Assembly (NCBI GenBank): GCA_034520945.1
Contig: JAXHNB010000001.1
Span: 160,001-224,000, forward strand
DNA: 64,000 nucleotides
From: Trueperaceae bacterium
Lineage (GTDB): Bacteria; Deinococcota; Deinococci; Deinococcales; Trueperaceae
Direction: 5' to 3'
The notes beneath the pieces were generated by a model, which was not told where the DNA came from, ran no database searches, and saw only the letters and a program-made list of their open reading frames with translations. Of the stretch, positions 60,210-64,000 are shown one piece after another (positions within the stretch are counted from its first letter, which is position 1; each line of letters starts with the position of its first letter). The translations under genes were made by a program, and so were the position numbers.

Positions 60210-61046
60210 TCAGGTGGCGGGCGCGCCCGAGGGCTGCCAGGCGTGCATGCGAATGTCGCACAACTCCTCGAACCCCACCCGCGCCAGGATCGGGGCGGAG
60301 GTGCGCCGGTCGGCCTGCACCAGCGCCGCCTCGCAGCCGGCCGTGCGCGCCTCGTCCAGGCGGCGGCGCAGCAGGGCGCGGTACAGGCCGCGGCCGCGGT
60401 GGTCCGGATGCGTGCCGGAACCGCCCAGCAGCGCCAGGCGTGGGCCGTGAAACAGCACCACCGTGCCGAACGCCACCGGCTCGGCCGTGCCCGGCGCGAA
60501 CGCCAGGAACACGCGGGTTCGGTAGTCGTTGGCTTCGTGCAGCAGGAAGGCGTTGGCGTCCCGCATCGTTTCCGTCGGCATGCCGTAGCACGCCGCCATC
60601 GCCGCGGCGTAGTGCCGGAGGTCGCTGCGCGTCGCCGTTCGCACGCTCACCGGTGGGTCGGCCCCGCCGGGCCGCGCCAGGTCGCGCAACGCCATCCCGG
60701 CCAGCGCTTCGGCCGGCACCACGCCCGCGCGGGTCAGCCGCGTCGACAGGTCGCCCGGGGTGCTGCGCGGACCGACCACCCACGTGAAGCCCTTGCCGTC
60801 CTCTTCGAACGTCGCGATGAGGTGCCGGATGGTCGCGTCGGCCCGCTCGGCGGACAGGCCGTCGGCCCCCACGCGGTTGGCGTACGGGTTGGCCGAGGAC
60901 GACACGCCGCCCCGCAGGCCCGGCACGCGCAACGGTCGGACGAACCCCGGCACGTCGCACCAGGCGAACATGCTGTCCTCGATGGCGCCGACCAGATTCC
61001 CGCCGTCCGCGAGGCGTCCCCGTCCCAGGGACGACGCCGGCGTCAC
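60210..61046 (-). CDS. GNAT-family N-acetyltransferase
   Basis: THPDHRGRGLYRALL, SAPILARVGF. Confidence 0.85.
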   Translation of the reverse strand: MTPASSLGRGRLADGGNLVGAIEDSMFAWCDVPGFVRPLRVPGLRGGVSSSANPYANRVGADGLSAERADATIRHLIATFEEDGKGFTWVVGPRSTPGDLSTRLTRAGVVPAEALAGMALRDLARPGGADPPVSVRTATRSDLRHYAAAMAACYGMPTETMRDANAFLLHEANDYRTRVFLAFAPGTAEPVAFGTVVLFHGPRLALLGGSGTHPDHRGRGLYRALLRRRLDEARTAGCEAALVQADRRTSAPILARVGFEELCDIRMHAWQPSGAPAT

Positions 61047-61077
61047 GGTCTCTGTCCGCCCACGCCGCGCGCCCAGC

Positions 61078-62193
61078 TCAACCTGTGGGCACCAACGCGT
61101 CGGCCAGCGTGTTCATGAGCGCGTCGAACGGCTGCACGAACTTGTCGATCCCCTCGTCCTCGAGGCGTGCCGTGACGGCGTCGATGTCGATGCCGAGCTC
61201 GGCCAACTCCACCATGGCGGCCTTGGCGTCCGGCACGCGTTCACGGATGCGTTCGGCCGGATCGCCCTGCTGCCGGTAGGCGTCGAGGGTGGCGGTCGGC
61301 ATGGTGTTCACCGTGTCGGGTCCGATCAGCGGCTCGACGTACATCAACGGGTCGTAGTCGGGGTTCTTGGTGCTGGTCGAGGCCCACAACAGCCGTTGCG
61401 GCCGCGCCCCCGCCTCCGCCAGCCGTGCCCAGCGGTCGCTTGCGATCACGTTCTCGTAGTCGCGGTAGGCGAGCTTGGCGTTGGCGACCGCGATCTGTCC
61501 CTTCAGGTGGGCGGCGCGGGCGGCGACGTCGCTGTTGCGGGCGGCGACGTCGTCCAGCAGGGGATCGATCGCGACGTCGATGCGGCTGAGGAAGAAACTG
61601 GCGACCGAGGCGACGTCCGGCGCGGCCCCCGCCTCGATCCGGGCCTCCATCGCCTGCAGGAAGGCCTCGTGCACCTCGGCGTAGCGCTGCAGGCCGAACA
61701 ACAAGGTCACATTGATGGGAACGCCGTCGGTCAGGAGCGTACGGATGGCCGGCACCCCCGCCGCGGTGCCGGGCACCTTGATGAACACGTTGGGCCGGTC
61801 CAAGCGCGCGTGCAGGTGCTTCGCCTCCTGAATGGTGCCGTCGGTGTCGTGCGCCAGGTGCGGGTTCACCTCCAGCGACACCCATCCGAACCGGCCGGCG
61901 GAGTCCTCCCATTGGGGGCGGAACATGTCGGCGGCGCGGCGGATGTCCTCGAGCACGACCGCCTCGTACACGGCGGGCACGTCCAGGCCGCCCTCGGCGA
62001 GGGCGCGGATCTGCTCGTCGTAATCGGTGGAGTCCGCGATCGCCTTCTGGAAGATGGCGGGGTTGCTGGTCACGCCGCGCAGGTGGTCCTGGTCGATGAA
62101 CGCCTGCATGGTGCCGTCAAACAGCCAAGCGCGTCGGATTTCGTCGACGTAGACCGATTGGCCGAAGTCGGGAAGGCGGGCGAGGGGATTCAT
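61078..62193 (-). CDS. tal: Transaldolase (long type)
   Basis: GVTSNPAIF, VSLEV.P, FIKVPGT, NVTLLF, SFFLSRID, LLWASTSTK. Confidence 0.96.
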   Translation of the reverse strand: MNPLARLPDFGQSVYVDEIRRAWLFDGTMQAFIDQDHLRGVTSNPAIFQKAIADSTDYDEQIRALAEGGLDVPAVYEAVVLEDIRRAADMFRPQWEDSAGRFGWVSLEVNPHLAHDTDGTIQEAKHLHARLDRPNVFIKVPGTAAGVPAIRTLLTDGVPINVTLLFGLQRYAEVHEAFLQAMEARIEAGAAPDVASVASFFLSRIDVAIDPLLDDVAARNSDVAARAAHLKGQIAVANAKLAYRDYENVIASDRWARLAEAGARPQRLLWASTSTKNPDYDPLMYVEPLIGPDTVNTMPTATLDAYRQQGDPAERIRERVPDAKAAMVELAELGIDIDAVTARLEDEGIDKFVQPFDALMNTLADALVPTG

Positions 62194-62272
62194 GTGCGTC
62201 TCCTTCAGGGTCGTGGTGGGGTGCCGTCTCTCCGGTGAACCGTGGGGCGGCGGGGTCGCCCCTGCGTGTTCT

Positions 62273-62746
62273 TCATCGTGTCACTGCATCCGGGCGTTCC
62301 GCGTCGTCCCGGGACACGTCGCGGCGCTCGTCCTCGGCCGTGTCCGTGTCCTGCGGACCGAGGCCCTCCCGGTGGGTCGCGTACGCCGGCCTGCCGGGCG
62401 CGTCACGCGGCGGGGCGCCGGGGCCGTCGGGGGGCATTCTTCGCGGGTGGGGCGCCGCCATGCCGTCCGCGCTGGCGGGGGCCGCCTCGGCCGCCCACGG
62501 CCCTGCCCCGGGCCGGCGTGCGCGGCGATGCATCGCCAGGCGCCAGCGGCGCCGCGCAAGGTACGCCCGCGCCGCCAGGCGCACCGTCATTGCCGTCCCC
62601 AGCAGAACCAGGGGCAACGCCAGCCAGGGGCCCACCTGGAAGCGGACCCACTCGCCGGCCAGCGCCGCGGTGAGCGCGCCCAGAAGCAACACCAGGAAGG
62701 GGGAGGGGGGACGGGTTGGGAGCACCGAATCACCTACCGCCGTCAT
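62273..62746 (-). CDS. Hypothetical membrane protein (2 TM + disordered tail)
   Basis: Two hydrophobic helices; 4-nt overlap with the upstream gene's stop. Confidence 0.55.
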   Translation of the reverse strand: MTAVGDSVLPTRPPSPFLVLLLGALTAALAGEWVRFQVGPWLALPLVLLGTAMTVRLAARAYLARRRWRLAMHRRARRPGAGPWAAEAAPASADGMAAPHPRRMPPDGPGAPPRDAPGRPAYATHREGLGPQDTDTAEDERRDVSRDDAERPDAVTR

Positions 62747-63201
62747 ACCACGGGCTCACTGGGGGCGGCTTCCACCGTCGCGGCGACGGCGGCGGCGCCG
62801 ACGTGCTGGGTGACGCGCAGGTCGCGGATGCAGCCGTCCAAGCCGCCTTCGCCGTCGCGGTCGTCGCGGATCAGGCCCAGGCCGGACGCGACGTCGGAGA
62901 TGCGGCGGCGGCCCAGGGTCCGGCCGTAGGTCCGATCGGGTTGGAGGACGTCCAACAGCGGTTTGACGGCCCCGTACTTCCCGTCCGCGTCCAGCAGGCT
63001 GCGAGACGGCCGCCACAGCTCCACCCGGATGTGGCAGTGCGGCAGGGGTTCGCGCGGCGCGGCGGGCGTGAGTCCGGCGCGGGCCAGCAGCAGCACCTCG
63101 TCGCGTAGCCGGCGGTAGTCGTGCGCGTGCATGCGGATCAGGCGATTGGGGCCCGGCAGCAGGAGCCCTTCGATGCGGATCGTCCAGCGCCCGGCCGTCA
63201 T
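62743..63201 (-). CDS. RusA-like Holliday junction resolvase-family protein
   Basis: PGPN near N-terminus, LDADG..AVKPLLDVL, GLIRDD; TATCCT 7 nt before ATG. Confidence 0.6.
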   Translation of the reverse strand: MTAGRWTIRIEGLLLPGPNRLIRMHAHDYRRLRDEVLLLARAGLTPAAPREPLPHCHIRVELWRPSRSLLDADGKYGAVKPLLDVLQPDRTYGRTLGRRRISDVASGLGLIRDDRDGEGGLDGCIRDLRVTQHVGAAAVAATVEAAPSEPVV

Positions 63202-63248
63202 GCCGGCCAGGATACCGGCGTTGCCTGGCGCGGGCGTACACTGCTCGG

Positions 63249-63935
63249 ATGATGTCGCGCCTTCCCTCCTACGCCTCTCGTGCCGGCCGGCGGCTCGGCG
63301 CCTCGCTGCGGGCGCCGTGGTTCTACCTGCGGCTGGCGCAGTTCCTGCTGGGCTTGACCGCCATGGGCCTCGGCCTGGCGGTGATGCTGGAGGCGGGCGT
63401 GGGCGTCGGTCCATGGGCGGTGTTCCACGAGGGCCTGGCCCGTGTCACGCCGCTCACCTTCGGCCAAGCGCTGGTGGCGGTCGGGGTGGTGGTGTTGTCG
63501 CTGGCGTGGTGGTGGACCGGGCAGCGGCCCGGCCCGGGCACCTTCGTGAACATGGTGATGGTGGGCCCATGGGTGGACGTGTTCCGCGCCAGTGGATGGG
63601 TGCCCAGCCCCACGGAGTTTCTGCCGGGGGTGGCGCAGTTCCTGATCGGCGTGGTCATTCTCGGGACGGCATCCGGCATGTACATCACCGCCCGCTTCGG
63701 GGCCGGCCCGCGCGACGGGTTCGTGCTGGGCCTCTCCCGCCTGCTGGGACGATCGGTGCGGCGTACGCGTACCTACCTGGAGATCGCGGTGTTGGCGATC
63801 GGCTTCCTGCTCGGCGGCACGGTCGGGATCGGCACCGCGCTGTTCGCCATGACGATCGGGCCCTCGATGCAGTTCTCGATGTGGGCGTTCACGCAGGCGA
63901 TGCCGCGCGCGCCCCGGCCGGCCGCCGGCGACTGA
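63249..63935 (+). CDS. YczE/YyaS/YitT-family membrane protein
   Basis: GVGPWAVFHEG, PGPGTFVN, GAGPRDG, LLGGTVGIGT. Confidence 0.9.
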   Translation: MMSRLPSYASRAGRRLGASLRAPWFYLRLAQFLLGLTAMGLGLAVMLEAGVGVGPWAVFHEGLARVTPLTFGQALVAVGVVVLSLAWWWTGQRPGPGTFVNMVMVGPWVDVFRASGWVPSPTEFLPGVAQFLIGVVILGTASGMYITARFGAGPRDGFVLGLSRLLGRSVRRTRTYLEIAVLAIGFLLGGTVGIGTALFAMTIGPSMQFSMWAFTQAMPRAPRPAAGD

Positions 63936-63937
63936 GC

Positions 63938-64000
63938 TCAGCCCACCGGTTCGGGCTCCATGCCCGTGGCGACCACGGTGCCTTGGTCCACGGCCAGGCG
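63938..64000 (-). CDS. C-terminal end of a gene entering from the right edge
   Basis: Minus strand reads RLAVDQGTVVATGMEPEPVG then TGA, convergent with the yczE-like gene. Confidence 0.45.
   Translation of the reverse strand, partial: RLAVDQGTVVATGMEPEPVG

Overview
Very GC-rich bacterial chromosomal window. It most likely comes from a Deinococcota (Truepera-like) organism, judging from GlnRS with a C-terminal Yqey/GatB-like domain, a short Thermus-type EF-Ts, many apparently leaderless genes, and acidic secreted proteins. From left to right it holds: a sugar ABC cluster with a divergent ArsR/COG4189-type regulator; an internal fragment of a GH149-like glucan phosphorylase between scrambled junctions (probably an assembly chimera or deletion scar); a LacI/GH42 beta-galactosidase/ABC operon; divergent lexA-like and Crp/Fnr regulators; nfuA; a purine nucleoside ABC transporter with adenine and guanine deaminases; a convergent c-di-GMP phosphodiesterase/cyclase pair; a peptide ABC cluster; dnaK-grpE-dnaJ; a PrsA-like foldase; pdxH; yyaL-addB-addA; nagA with an SIS protein; glnS; rpsB-tsf-pyrH-frr-cdsA; ctaA-ctaB-SURF1; transaldolase; and a RusA-like nuclease. 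I saw no rRNA, tRNA, CRISPR array, transposase or integrase. The best leads are a structured G.U-rich leader upstream of the purine operon, a non-canonical palindrome over the lexA promoter, an AddAB pair whose AddB nuclease looks dead, a solitary RusA-like gene, and the chimeric GH149 region. All calls come from motif recognition by eye; no database searches were run.
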